A DNA stretch of 63,914 nucleotides, the filler included, from Vicugna vicugna (taxonomy: Eukaryota), in NCBI GenBank assembly GCA_013265495.1. It is 75 parts of 71 records of this genome, joined end to end, with 100 filler letters (N's around TTAATTAATTAA, not from the genome) between each part and the next. Parts side by side here need not be neighbours in the genome. Positions count along the whole stretch, not along the records: positions 37,437 to 38,204 come from MU060470.1; positions 38,305 to 38,857 come from PNXW01014492.1; positions 38,958 to 40,346 come from MU060472.1; positions 40,447 to 41,723 come from MU060474.1; positions 41,824 to 42,479 come from MU060475.1; positions 42,580 to 43,359 come from MU060476.1; positions 43,460 to 44,252 come from PNXW01014508.1; positions 44,353 to 44,850 come from PNXW01014509.1; 67 more parts are not named here. One strand, given 5' to 3'. The notes under the pieces are model-generated. The model saw only the letters and a program-made list of their open reading frames with translations, had not been told where the DNA came from and did no database searches. The translations under genes were made by a program, and so were the position numbers. Below are positions 37,437 to 50,039 of the stretch, piece after piece (the first letter of the stretch is position 1; every line of letters starts with the position of its first letter).

Positions 37437-38204
37437 AGGGGTGATTGCAGGATATCCCAGTGTCAGAGGCTACCTCCCCAACGTCAAAGACAGTATTTCC
37501 CGGACTTCCCCAAACAGGGAAAACATGTGACTGAAGAGAGTTGCGTGGAGTTGTCTGTCGAGCTCCCCCACGCACTATCAATGGTTCCAGAATCCTGAGC
37601 GTGGGGAGGTTCCACCAACGGTCGGCAGCGCGTGGGTTCTAACGGAATGCCTAAGCTCGTCTCCCCTGAGTGTATTCCNNNNNNNNNNNNNNNNNNNNNN
37701 NNNNNNNNNNNNNNNNNNNNNNNNNNNNNNNNNNNNNNNNNNNNNNNNNNNNNNNNNNNNNNNNNNNNNNNNNNNNNNNNNNNNNNNNNNNNNNNNNNNN
37801 NNNNNNNNNNNNNNNNNNNNNNNNNNNNNNNNNNNNNNNNNNNNNNNNNNNNNNNNNNNNNNNNNNNNNNNNNNNNNNNNNNNNNNNNNNNNNNNNNNNN
37901 NNNNNNNNNNNNNNNNNNNNNNNNNNNNNNNNNNNNNNNNNNNNNNNNNNNNNNNNNNNNNNNNNNNNNNNNNNNNNNNNNNNNNNNNNNNNNNNNNNNN
38001 NNNNNNNNNNNNNNNNNNNNNNNNNNNNNNTAAGGGAATGTATTTCTCGGACTTCCCCGAACACGGAACTCCTGTGACTGAAGAGAGCTTCGTGGAGCTG
38101 TCTCTCGAGCTCCCCCACGCACTGACAATGGTTCCGGAATCCTGAGCGTGATGAAGTTTCACCAACGGTCGTCAGTGCATGGGTTCTAACGGAATGCCTA
38201 AGCT
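37437..38204 (-). repeat. 267-bp satellite A (gapped)
   Basis: A consensus motifs. Confidence 0.95.
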
Positions 38205-38957
38205 NNNNNNNNNNNNNNNNNNNNNNNNNNNNNNNNNNNNNNNNNNNNTTAATTAATTAANNNNNNNNNNNNNNNNNNNNNNNNNNNNNNNNNNNNNNNN
38301 NNNNTACATATAAAGTTATGAACTTAGAGATGATTTATAAAAGTTTAGAATTTTCATTATAAGGCAATATACCTTCCAAATCATTGAAGAGAAAATTATT
38401 AATAAAAAAATTAATCAGTCCAGCTAATATGGAGTAAAAAGACCATATTTACCATCCTAAAATAAACCACAAAATGGATACAATATATGAAACAATGATT
38501 TTTAAGACACGTGAAAACGATCATCCACTAGGACCCTGTCCTGCCACCCCCATAACAAGGCTGCTAGGCTTCCTACTGCCATCACCAAGAATGTCCACCA
38601 ATAGGCTACATTTCCTTCCTCTGCTCATACTGCAGAGCCAGTCCTGAGCAGTCCTTTTCCAGGTTTTGGCAGACAGCTCCCAGAAGTGCTCTCGTGGGCC
38701 TTGGTCCCATAGCAAAGGGATCAAAGATGAGCAGTGAGCCTCCTTCCTCATCTAAGACCTAGGAACCTCTCTGACTTCTGAGGAGGGCTTCACTCTTGTC
38801 TGCTGTCTGGTGCTCTCTGCCTGGCTTCCCGAGTCCCCGGCTTGGACAGCCTGCACGNNNNNNNNNNNNNNNNNNNNNNNNNNNNNNNNNNNNNNNNNNN
38901 NTTAATTAATTAANNNNNNNNNNNNNNNNNNNNNNNNNNNNNNNNNNNNNNNNNNNN

Positions 38958-40346
38958 CTTGGTTTAGAGCCCAACCCCCACTTTCCCCCACTCTCCAGCC
39001 TCTGCATGCCATCAGGGAAGACAAGCAAAGGGATTCTTTTAGAACGCATGCGCTGCTGTCATTTGGAGGAGCCTCCCCACAATCAGGATACCTGAGCACG
39101 TCTCCGTGTGTGTGCAGGAGGTGGGGAAACAGATTCCACGCAACTTTATGGGGCACAGGTGTTCCAAGGTTAGGGAAGTAGTTTAAAACCCTCCACTACC
39201 CCCAGAGATGCACTNNNNNNNNNNNNNNNNNNNNNNNNNNNNNNNNNNNNNNNNNNNNNNNNNNNNNNNNNNNNNNNNNNNNNNNNNNNNNNNNNNNNNN
39301 NNNNNNNNNNNNNNNNNNNNNNNNNNNNNNNNNNNNNNNNNNNNNNNNNNNNNNNNNNNNNNNNNNNNNNNNNNNNNNNNNNNNNNNNNNNNNNNNNNNN
39401 NNNNNNNNNNNNNNNNNNNNNNNNNNNNNNNNNNNNNNNNNNNNNNNNNNNNNNNNNNNNNNNNNNNNNNNNNNNNNNNNNNNNNNNNNNNNNNNNNNNN
39501 NNNNNNNNNNNNNNNNNNNNNNACCATCAGGGAAGCAAAGGAATTCTATTAAAACCAAGATGCTGATGTCAGTTGGAGGAACTACCCCACACTCAGGATA
39601 CTGGAACCCAACCTTGTGTGGTGGGGAGATTTGAAGCCCCACTCCACGCAGATGTATAGGTGCTCAGGTGTTTCCCTTTTTGGTGAATTCATCTAAAGAC
39701 TTCCTCAGTCCATCGGGGACACTCGATTCTATTTGGCCTCAAAGCCCAACCCCCAGGTTTCTCTCAGAGTCAGTCCTAGGGAAACACTCAGGGATTACAA
39801 GCTAAGGGATTCTATTAGAACCCAGCCGCTTCTGTCACCTGAAATTGCCAGCNNNNNNNNNNNNNNNNNNNNNNNNNNNNNNNNNNNNNNNNNNNNNNNN
39901 NNNNNNNNNNNNNNNNNNNNNNNNNNNNNNNNNNNNNNNNNNNNNNNNNNNNNNNNNNNNNNNNNNNNNNNNNNNNNNNNNNNNNNNNNNNNNNNNNNNN
40001 NNNNNNNNNNNNNNNNNNNNNNNNNNNNNNNNNNNNNNNNNNNNNNNNNNNNNNNNNNNNNNNNNNNNNNNNNNNNNNNNNNNNNNNNNNNNNNNNNNNN
40101 NNNNNNNNNNNNNNNNNNNNNNNNNNNNNNNNNNNNNNNNNNNNNNNNNNNNNNNNNNNNNNNNNNNNNNNNNNNNNNNNNNNNNNNNNNNNNNNNNNNN
40201 NNNNNNNNNNNNNNNNNNNNNNNNNNNNNNNNNNNNNNNNCACAAACCATGGTCATCGAAAATACTTGGTTTCGGAGCCCAAACCACACTTTCCCCCGTA
40301 TTCCCGCCTAGGCTTTCCATTAGGGAAGACAAGCAAAGGGATTCAA
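38958..40346 (+). repeat. Diverged satellite B (gapped)
   Basis: CAGGGAAGACAAGCAAAGGGATTC and GCCTCCCCACAATCAGGATACC motifs. Confidence 0.9.
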
Positions 40347-40446
40347 NNNNNNNNNNNNNNNNNNNNNNNNNNNNNNNNNNNNNNNNNNNNTTAATTAATT
40401 AANNNNNNNNNNNNNNNNNNNNNNNNNNNNNNNNNNNNNNNNNNNN

Positions 40447-42479
40447 CCCTGTTCGGGGAAGTCCGGGAAATATCTTCCCTGAATTTGGGGAAGCAGCCTC
40501 GGTCACTGGGAAATCCTGCAATCACCCCAGCATTCCCTGGCACAGAGACATTAGGAAAACCCTCAGGGGAGACGAGCTTAGGCATTCCGTTAGAACCCAC
40601 GCGCTGCCGACCGTTGGTGGAACCTCCCCACGCTCAGGATTCCGNNNNNNNNNNNNNNNNNNNNNNNNNNNNNNNNNNNNNNNNNNNNNNNNNNNNNNNN
40701 NNNNNNNNNNNNNNNNNNNNNNNNNNNNNNNNNNNNNNNNNNNNNNNNNNNNNNNNNNNNNNNNNNNNNNNNNNNNNNNNNNNNNNNNNNNNNNNNNNNN
40801 NNNNNNNNNNNNNNNNNNNNNNNNNNNNNNNNNNNNNNNNNNNNNAGCTAAGGCATTCCGTTAGAACCCACGCGCTGCCGTCCTTTGGTGGAACCTCCCC
40901 ACGCTCAGGATTCCAGAAACATTGACAGTGCGTGGGGGAGCTCGAGAGACAACTCCACGCAGCTCTCTTAAGTCACTGGATTTCCTTGTACGGTGAAGTC
41001 CGAGAAATAACTTCCCTGAACGTGGGGAGTCAGCCTCAGTCACTGGGATATCCTGAAAACCTCCCGAGCATTCCCTGGCAGAGAGATATTAGGAAAACGA
41101 TCAGGGGAAACGAGCTTAGGCATTCCGTTAGAACCCACGCGCTGCCGACCGTTGGTGGAATCTCCCCACGCTCAGGATCCGGAAAGATTGTCAGTGCTTG
41201 GGGGAGCTCGAGAGACATCTCCACGCAGCTCTCTTCATTCACAGGTGTTCCCTGTTCGGGGAAGTCCGAGAAATACCTTCCCTGACCTTGGGGAGGCAGC
41301 CTCGGTCACTGGGATAGCCTGCAAACCCCCCTAGCATTCCCTGGCACAGAGACATTAGNNNNNNNNNNNNNNNNNNNNNNNNNNNNNNNNNNNNNNNNNN
41401 NNNNNNNNNNNNNNNNNNNNNNNNNNNNNNNNNNNNNNNNNNNNNNNNNNNNNNNNNNNNNNNNNNNNNNNNNNNNNNNNNNNNNNNNNNNNNNNNNNNN
41501 NNNNNNNNNNNNNNNNNNNNNNNNNNNNNNNNNNNNNNNNNNNNNNNNNNNNNNNNNNNNGGGAGGCAGTCTCTGTCACTGGGATATCCTGCAAAGCCCC
41601 CTAGCATTTCATGGCACAGAGACATTAGGAAAATCCTCAGGGGATACGAGCTTAGGCTTTCAGTAACAACCCATATGATGCCGACCGTTGGTGGAACCTC
41701 CCCACGCTGAGGATTCTGGAAACNNNNNNNNNNNNNNNNNNNNNNNNNNNNNNNNNNNNNNNNNNNNTTAATTAATTAANNNNNNNNNNNNNNNNNNNNN
41801 NNNNNNNNNNNNNNNNNNNNNNNTCACAGGAGTTCCCTGTTCGGGGAAGTCCGGGAGATACCTTCCCTCTCCTTGGGGAGGCAGCGTATGTGACTGGGAT
41901 ATCCTGCAAACGCCACTACCATTCCCTGGCACAGACATAGTAGGAAAACCCTCAGGGGAGACGAGCTTAGGCATTCCGTTAGAACCCACGCGCTGCCGAC
42001 CGTTGGTGGAACCTCCCCACGCTCAGGATTCCGGAACCATTGTCAGTGCGTGGGGGAGCTCGNNNNNNNNNNNNNNNNNNNNNNNNNNNNNNNNNNNNNN
42101 NNNNNNNNNNNNNNNNNNNNNNNNNNNNNNNNNNNNNNNNNNNNNNNNNNNNNNNNNNNNNNNNNNNNNNNNNNNNNNNNNNNNNNNNNNNNNNNNNNNN
42201 NNNNNNNNNNNNNNNNNNNNNNNNNNNNNNNNNNNNNNNNNNNNNNNNNNNNNNNNNNNNNNNNNNNNNNNNNNNNNNNGGAAAAATTGTCAGTGCGTGG
42301 GGGAGCACGAGAGACAACTCGACGCAGCTCTCTTCATTCACAGGAGTTCCCTGTTAGGGGAAGTCCCGGAAATAACTTCCCTGAACTTGAGGAGGCCGCG
42401 TATGTCACTGGGATATCCTGCAAACCCCCCTGCAATTCCCTGGCAAAGAGATATTAGGAAAAGCCTCAGGGGAGACGAG
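40447..42479 (+). repeat. 267-bp satellite A (two scaffolds)
   Basis: A consensus motifs. Confidence 0.95.
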
Positions 42480-42579
42480 NNNNNNNNNNNNNNNNNNNNN
42501 NNNNNNNNNNNNNNNNNNNNNNNTTAATTAATTAANNNNNNNNNNNNNNNNNNNNNNNNNNNNNNNNNNNNNNNNNNNN

Positions 42580-43359
42580 TCATTTTTTCTCCCTGTTTTT
42601 CTGTGATTGAATTTTAATTTCATGTTATTATACTCTGAAAAGAAGCTTGAAATAATTTTTATCTTCTTTGATTTGTTGAGACTTCTTAAGCGCCTGAGTA
42701 CATAATCTTTCATAGGAAATGTTCCTTGTGCACAGGAAAAGAATGTATATTCTGTTTTGGGGAGAAGTACTAGATGAAATTATCAAGCACCTCCAATTAT
42801 TTTATAATTTATTTTAGTATCTTTGATCCCTTTTTAATTTTCTGTGTGAAAGACCAGTCCAGTGATGGTAATGGGGGGTTATAGTCTCCTAATTTGATTG
42901 TGTTCCCAGGGATTTCTCTATTTTTATCTATTAGTGTTTGCTTTATGTATTTAATTGCTCCTATATTGAGTGCATATATCTTAATGNNNNNNNNNNNNNN
43001 NNNNNNNNNNNNNNNNNNNNNNNNNNNNNNNNNNNNNNNNNNNNNNNNNNNNNNNNNNNNNNNNNNNNNNNNNNNNNNNNNNNNNNNNNNNNNNNNNNNN
43101 NNNNNNNNNNNNNNNNNNNNNNNNNNNNNNNNNNNNATGTAATATACCACCTTCTGACTTTCAATGGATGTGTGTTCCTCTTACTAAAGTGGGTCTCCTC
43201 TATGCTTCATAATGTAGGGTCTTGTTATATTAACACTTCTGACTATATATCTTTTGTTTGAAGCACTGAGTTCATTAACAATTTTGATAATTATTGATAG
43301 ACTGGTGTTTATTCCCATATTGAACTTCATTCTCCAGTTGATTTGATATTTTCTTTTTG
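42580..43359 (-). mobile_element. LINE-1 ORF2 endonuclease-domain fragment
   Basis: IYALNIGAIKYIKQTL...NTIKLGDYNPPLPSLD matches L1 EN motifs IYAPN.GA...IKQ.L and GDFNTPLS.LD. Confidence 0.92.
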
Positions 43360-44950
43360 NNNNNNNNNNNNNNNNNNNNNNNNNNNNNNNNNNNNNNNNN
43401 NNNTTAATTAATTAANNNNNNNNNNNNNNNNNNNNNNNNNNNNNNNNNNNNNNNNNNNNAATGCATAGTGACATTTAGGTCCAAGGAGGAAAAAATCAGT
43501 TTCTATCTAGCACCAATTATGCTGTGGATATGAAAACAATGAATGTAGCAAAGAGAGGCACCCTTCACTACAGATCTCTAGGCTGCTTAGTGGCTTATTT
43601 GGCAGCATAGGAGTTACAGAGAAATAGGAAAGACATTGCCTAATGTGTTCTGAAAGCTGGCTATTTGTACAACTGTATAATCTGCCCTTCAAATTCTTTC
43701 AGGATGTTTTTATGGAATAGAAAATTGAGTGTGTATATATATGTATTTGTGTATAATATATATTTTGTAGCATATACCTATGTAAATGTCGAATGCAATA
43801 TATATATATCCCATTCAATAGATCATGGTAATAAATAACGATAGAGAGAATCAGTTTTCTCAAATAAAGATAGACTATGGGTAGATTTCTTTCAAGGAAT
43901 AAATGAAAAAAGCTTTTCATCCTCAGTATCTTTGCTTTGAAATTGGGCGTGACTTCTGCTCTTTCCCAGCTCCGGTGTTCCTTCTCCCCCTGTGTGTCTC
44001 TCAGCGCCTGTCTTGTCTCACTCTCTCTCTCTCTGTTTCTCTCTCCCTCTGCCTGTCTGTGTTTTAGTCTCTCTGTCTCTTTTCCTGGATGCATGTGCGT
44101 GTCCATTTACCTGCGTATCTGTGTATTTATGTGTTTGTATCGTTAGGGCCCAGGGCAGGTCACTTGTGAAAATGCCTTGATGACATAGTGATTCTTTTCA
44201 TGGAAACACCTCTTTGCAAGTTGTGCGAGCACTTTGGTGGGGTCAGCTCTAANNNNNNNNNNNNNNNNNNNNNNNNNNNNNNNNNNNNNNNNNNNNTTAA
44301 TTAATTAANNNNNNNNNNNNNNNNNNNNNNNNNNNNNNNNNNNNNNNNNNNNTTCCAACACTCATGCTCTTGTATCCCTGCCCCGCTGTGACCCACCCTG
44401 ACAGAAATCACGAGACCTTCCCCAGCACTCACATCCTCTCCCACTCAGGAGCCACAGCTCACCTTCACGTCCCCTCACCCCCTGCAGGCTGGTGGGGGCC
44501 ACCTTCTCTCCTCTGAGCATGGATGTGACCAGGAATGTGTGTGGAGGTGGGAGCTCACGTCCAGCCCAGTGACTTCCTCAATAAATTACATTACAGTAAG
44601 TAAGGGAGATAAAAGTCAAAATTCTCATGGGAAGTTGGCTTTTTTTGATGTAAAACAAATAGACTGACAGTTATTTCAATAATGAAAGCGGGTTTAATTT
44701 GGACCAGTAAACAGAGTCAGTATGGGGTCTGCAACCGTGATGAGCCACATGCACATCTTCAGTAAAAGGAGAACGCCTCTTTCATCAAGGGGGGAAGGGA
44801 GCGGAGAGATCCCAATGGAACCAGAGACCGTGCATTTCTCTCGGCTGAGTNNNNNNNNNNNNNNNNNNNNNNNNNNNNNNNNNNNNNNNNNNNNTTAATT
44901 AATTAANNNNNNNNNNNNNNNNNNNNNNNNNNNNNNNNNNNNNNNNNNNN

Positions 44951-45271
44951 ATCAAATGTTCAGCTCTCTGAGGACTTGCCAGGCTGTTTTCCAAAGTGGC
45001 CACACTGGGTTACGTCCTCACCAGCAAGGGCTGCGCGCTCTGCTTCCTCTGTGTCCTCATTAGAGCTTATTACTCTTTTTCTGATTATAACCTATTGTAG
45101 TGAGTGTGAAGCGGTTTCTCCTAGTGGTTTTGACTTGATTTCCTTTAGAGCTAGTGTTATTGAACATTGTTTCATTGTGCTTATTGGCCATTTGTTTATT
45201 TTCCTTGAAAAATATGTTTTCAGATCCTTTATTCATTTTTTAATTGAGTTGCCTTTATATTGTTGAGCTGT
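44951..45271 (-). mobile_element. Old LINE-1 ORF2 3' fragment
   Basis: TGTTTTCCAAAGTGGC...GTGGTTTTGACTTGATTTCC...TTATTGGCCATTTG antisense L1 motifs. Confidence 0.85.
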
Positions 45272-45494
45272 NNNNNNNNNNNNNNNNNNNNNNNNNNNNN
45301 NNNNNNNNNNNNNNNNNNNNNNNNNNNNNNNNNNNNNNNNNNNNNNNNNNNNNNNNNNNNNNNNNNNNNNNNNNNNNNNNNNNNNNNNNNNNNNNNNNNN
45401 NNNNNNNNNNNNNNNNNNNNNNNNNNNNNNNNGGGTATTATTTAATATCTGAGGTATTTTATTTAAACTTGTATATATAAAATAACTTAATTCT

Positions 45495-45655
45495 TAGGAC
45501 CGTTCTAGGAGACGGGTGCTGTTGTTGTCCCCAGTCTATGGATCGGAGACTGAGATACAGAGAATTTGACTGACATATCAGTGTCACAGCTACCCAGTGC
45601 TGTGGGAATTCAGACCCTCATGTTTTTCCATAGCATCTGAGCTCTTCACCAACCT
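45495..45655 (-). mobile_element. MIR SINE fragment
   Basis: TGTCCCCAGTCTATGGATCGGAGACTGAGATACAGAGA...GTCACAGCTA...GGAATTCAGACCC. Confidence 0.65.
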
Positions 45656-46324
45656 GCTCCACTCTTTCCAGGAATCGTTAATGAAAAAGTCTTTACTTTN
45701 NNNNNNNNNNNNNNNNNNNNNNNNNNNNNNNNNNNNNNNNNNNTTAATTAATTAANNNNNNNNNNNNNNNNNNNNNNNNNNNNNNNNNNNNNNNNNNNNC
45801 TCTCTATCTCCTGCCTTTCCCAAAGTTATGAGTGGAAAATTCTTTCTTCTTGTAAATACTTCTGATTTTTTCCTGGGCACCTCAATTTGATTGCTGTTTG
45901 ATCTTGAGACCTAATTTTTATAGACTTATAAAAAATACAGTTTTGCTTTCTGTTACAATTTTTTTTTCTGTATTGGTTAATAATCATAGAGAGCATGATT
46001 TGTCAACAAAAGTTATATTTTCTTTTCAAAAAAAGCTTGACTTGGTTTTATGCATAGTCAGTGCTATGTGTCCATTAATTCTCAATTTAACAACAGATGG
46101 GAAATAAACTGACCAGAGCTTAATACAAAGTGGAATGTCTGAGATAAAACTGATATCAACTGGCAGAATTATTTAATATCATTATAACATAAAGGGGCAG
46201 GCTGGCAGGTTCTCATTTTAAGCCTAAATACCATTTATTGTTTGTCATGACCTATGTATTAATGTTTTAAAAAGATTTACTTGACGATAGTGTAACAACA
46301 ACAAAAATATTGCAAGTTAAAATC

Positions 46325-46622
46325 TCAATACCATGATTACACACGTAAACTTTTTTGGTTGTCAGTTTCATATTCTTTTCTATTAGAGGTTATTACAAGA
46401 TGTTGAATATGGTTCCCTGTGCTATAGAAGAAATTTGTTTTTTCACTCTGTTTTTACATAGAGTGGCTAACATTTGCAAATCTCAAACTCTCAAATGTAT
46501 CCCTTCCCACCCCCAGTAACCATAGACTGTTTACTGCGTCTGTAATTCTGTTTCTGTTTTGTGGATGAGTTAATTATTGTCCTCTTTATTTCTTTTTTTA
46601 TATTCCACATACGAGTGATTTC
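46325..46622 (-). mobile_element. LINE-1 3' UTR fragment, camelid-like
   Basis: GTTATTACAAGATGTTGAATATGGTTCCCTGTGCTATA...CATTTGCAAATCTCAAACTC...TCCCTTCCCACCCC. Confidence 0.85.
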
Positions 46623-46722
46623 NNNNNNNNNNNNNNNNNNNNNNNNNNNNNNNNNNNNNNNNNNNNTTAATTAATTAANNNNNNNNNNNNNNNNNNNNNN
46701 NNNNNNNNNNNNNNNNNNNNNN

Positions 46723-47118
46723 GTCCTCAGGGAGCGGGAAAGGGAGAGCAGTGCAGCCCCAGGGTCGCAGGGCAGGGAAAGCGGGGGTGTGGGTTTGGAA
46801 ACGTGAGCTGCAGCCCCGCTCGGAGGCCAGCCCTAGCTCCAGCCCCAGCCCCAGCCCCGTCTGGGTCCGCAGACACCGCGCGCCCTGGACGCAGCCCGCC
46901 CAGGGGCGGGGCCGGGCAGGCAGCGGAGGACAGGCAGCCAGGGAGGAGAGGACTTCTGGGTGGGAGAGGTGAAGGGCACGTCAGCCGCGGAAGCTGACTG
47001 GCGGGGTGCTGTAACAGGCGGACCACCCTCCCTCAGCCGCCTGAACCCTTTCTTGAGATCCCCCCTCCTTGCACTTCCACAGCCAGAGGCCCCGGCCCAG
47101 GCAGGAGCCAAACCAAAA
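46723..47118. promoter_or_regulatory. GC/CpG-rich promoter-like fragment with GC box
   Basis: High GC, many CpGs, GGGGCGGGGC at 46903-46912; no linked gene visible. Confidence 0.4.
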
Positions 47119-47832
47119 NNNNNNNNNNNNNNNNNNNNNNNNNNNNNNNNNNNNNNNNNNNNTTAATTAATTAANNNNNNNNNNNNNNNNNNNNNNNNNN
47201 NNNNNNNNNNNNNNNNNNTCTAGACCTGAGTACCTTTATTCAATCCAAATCTTCAGGGGAGAATCAGGAGAAAAAGCAGGAGGACCAGCTTTGCCATCAC
47301 TTGCTCCCCACTTACAGCCACAGCCACTGCCCCGCAGGGGAGCTACATCAGGCTGAGCATGGAAGACCCCAAGGTGAAGGTGTACATGGAGGGCCATGTG
47401 GCCACCAGCACAAAAGCGAATGCCCCATGACTTGACCTCACTTGCCCAGATTCTAGAACCTGGGATCCTGGGGTGCTCAGGGCCTGTGGCTTGCTGCCTC
47501 CCCTGCCCAGGTGCAGTCACTCAGCTCCCCCTGCTGGGTACTGGGTTCCTTCCTCCTCCCACCCATGCCCAGGCAGGCAGCCAGCCCTTGCCATCACTTC
47601 ACTCCCCGCAAGCCTTCATCTTCTGCAGGCTCTGAGCCTACCACCCACTCCCAGGCACTTCCTAATGGGAAGTTGTTCCTAGAGAAGTGAGGCTGGGAGA
47701 CAGAGCTCTGCCCTTTCTGTGGGCACTACCTCNNNNNNNNNNNNNNNNNNNNNNNNNNNNNNNNNNNNNNNNNNNNTTAATTAATTAANNNNNNNNNNNN
47801 NNNNNNNNNNNNNNNNNNNNNNNNNNNNNNNN

Positions 47833-48478
47833 GCCCAAGCCACCCTCATCTCTGGCCTGAATTTCTACAAGATTATCCAAAATGGTGTCCCTGATTCTAC
47901 CCTTTTCTTCCAAAAAACAATTCTCAATACAGCAGCCAAAATGATTCTTCTACAGTGAAAGTCCCATCATGGCGTTCCTCTCTCATGACTTCCTCTTGCT
48001 GATCGTCCCCACCACACTCCAAATAAAAGTCAAAGCCTTGAACTGACTCTTAAGGCTATGGCTTCCCTACCCCCGGCCTGCTACTCTTTCGCATTCTCAC
48101 CTTGCTTTAGCTACAGAGGCCTCTTTTCTGTTCCTCATACACCCCAAAGGGGTTTCTCTTTTTTTTTTCTACTTGTTCGCTCCACCTGGATGCCTTCCCC
48201 CAGAACGCCACATGGCTCCTTCGTCTCTTCAAAAGTTTGCTGAAAGGTCATCTTCTCAAGGAGGCTCACACTGGCCACTACACGGGTATCTCAATCTCTT
48301 CCACTTCCATTTGATTTATCATAGTGCCTGTGACTTTCTGCTAGAAGTTCCCTGGGAGCAGGGGTTTTTTTTGGTTTTAGGGTTTTGTTTTTTTTTTGCA
48401 TGTTTTGTTCACTGATATACTTCAAGCACTTTACACAGTGCCTGACACAGTGGAACTCGATAACTATTTGTTGGCAAT
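47833..48478 (+). mobile_element. LINE-2 3' fragment
   Basis: CCAAGCCACCCTCATCTCTGGCCTG...ACAGCAGCCAAAATGAT...ACAGTGCCTGACACAGTGGAACTCGATAACTATTTGTTG matches the L2 3' end. Confidence 0.85.
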
Positions 48479-48869
48479 ATAAGTGTGCAAAGAGCATTGT
48501 AAAGTTTGGAGAACAAGTAANNNNNNNNNNNNNNNNNNNNNNNNNNNNNNNNNNNNNNNNNNNNTTAATTAATTAANNNNNNNNNNNNNNNNNNNNNNNN
48601 NNNNNNNNNNNNNNNNNNNNTGTGCGGACCCCGCCTCTGTCTCCGACCTCTTCCCCTGACCTCACTATGCCTGCTCCCAGGAGCAGGCTGACTTCAACGG
48701 CTTTTATGGCGAACTTGGGGGAGTGAAGGCTGCCCCCTGGCAAGGCAGCTAGGGGCATGGGAGAAAATCCTTTGGCTCGCCAGGGGCACCCTAGTACCCG
48801 TTAGCTGCCGCCAAACCCCGTCCCCAGACCGCACCCCGCCTCTGTCTGACTGTCTGACTGCCTGCCTGA

Positions 48870-48980
48870 ATGCCTATCTATTGGAGGATGGGAGAGGCTA
48901 TGTATGTGTCTGTCTGTTTATCTAATGGAGGAGGAAGCGACTAGTATGTATCTCTCTTTGGCTGCCTATGTATGTATTTA

Positions 48981-49016
<36 letters not shown>

Positions 49017-49280
49017 ACTAGAGGAGGCATAGCAGTAAGCTAGTGTGTGTTTTAATGTGTTTGTCTGTTGGAGGAGGAGGTTAGTGTATCTATGTACCTA
49101 TTTGAGGAAGAGGAGGAGAATGTGTGTGTGTGTGTGTGTCTATGTATATATCTGTGTACCTATCTAATGGATGAGGAGGAGGAGGTTAGGATACATGTTT
49201 GTTTCTAAATGGAGGAAGAGGCTAGTGTGTCTGTCAGTCTATTTATTTGTCTGTATGTCTGTCTGTCTAATGGAGGAAGC
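48870..49280 (+). repeat. Degenerate minisatellite of TCTAATGGAGGAGG cores with (TCTG)/(TCTA)/(TG) tracts
   Basis: About 8 variants of (TA)TCTAATGGAGGA(G/A)G...(C/T)TAGTGT at irregular spacing. Confidence 0.75.
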
Positions 49281-49616
49281 CTCCCAGGACTCGACCCACC
49301 TGGAGGGATGCCAATTGCCACCCTGAAGCAGCAGAAGGCACCCCCAGAGCAGGCTGAGGGGAACACTGGGAGGAAATCCACTGGCTTGCCTTGGCAGCCC
49401 TCGCCTCCCGCTGCACCCCTCTCTGCAGCCGCCCCCGCCCCCTCCTCCTGACCACACTGCACCTGCCTGCGGGGAGCTGACTGACCTGGAGATGTGCCTC
49501 CTGTGAACTTGGGCCGNNNNNNNNNNNNNNNNNNNNNNNNNNNNNNNNNNNNNNNNNNNNTTAATTAATTAANNNNNNNNNNNNNNNNNNNNNNNNNNNN
49601 NNNNNNNNNNNNNNNN

Positions 49617-50035
49617 AAAAGAAATTTTACACTTGGTGGATATTTCCAGAACATTGCAACCCCCCAAAATAGGATATACATTCTTTTCAACTGCACGTGG
49701 AATATTTTCTAGGATTCATGTTGTACATTGGCACAAAAGAAAATCAGCAATTTTAAGAAGATAGAAATTACCTAAAGCATCTATAATGACCACAATGCCA
49801 TGAAGCTAGAAATCAACAACAGAGAAACAAAGGAGAACCAAAGAAATAATGGGGATTAAATAATATGTTATTCAAAAACTTATGGGGCAATGAAGAAATA
49901 AAGGCTTAAATGAAAAACAACCTTGAGACGAAAGAAAATGAAAGCAGAACCACACAAAATTTATGGGACAAAACAAAAGCAGTGCTGAGAGGGGAGTTTA
50001 TAGCGATACAGGCATTCCTCAAAAAAGAAGAACAA
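49617..50035 (+). mobile_element. LINE-1 ORF2 fragment (end of EN domain and linker)
   Basis: ATATACATTCTTTTCAACTGCACGTGGAATATTTTCTAGGAT; GACCACAATGCCATGAAGCTAGAAATCAAC; TTATGGGACAAAACAAAAGCAGTGCTGAGAGGG. Confidence 0.92.
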
Positions 50036-50039
50036 ACAA

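Noticed and set aside
35577..38204. Apparent strand inversions between neighbouring satellite A blocks
   Set aside because: Orientation switches occur only across artificial linkers
40452..40467. CENP-B-box-like TTCGGGGAAGTCCGGG in some A monomers
   Set aside because: One base too long for TTCG-N4-A-N2-CGGG, and most monomers have CCGAG rather than CCGGG
44645..44850. Possible LTR fragment
   Set aside because: Impression only; no termini, PBS or PPT identified
47219..47432. Coding-looking stretch (LDLSTFIQSK... / ...SYIRLSMEDPKVKVYMEGH)
   Set aside because: No protein recognised and no clear splice sites; needs BLASTX
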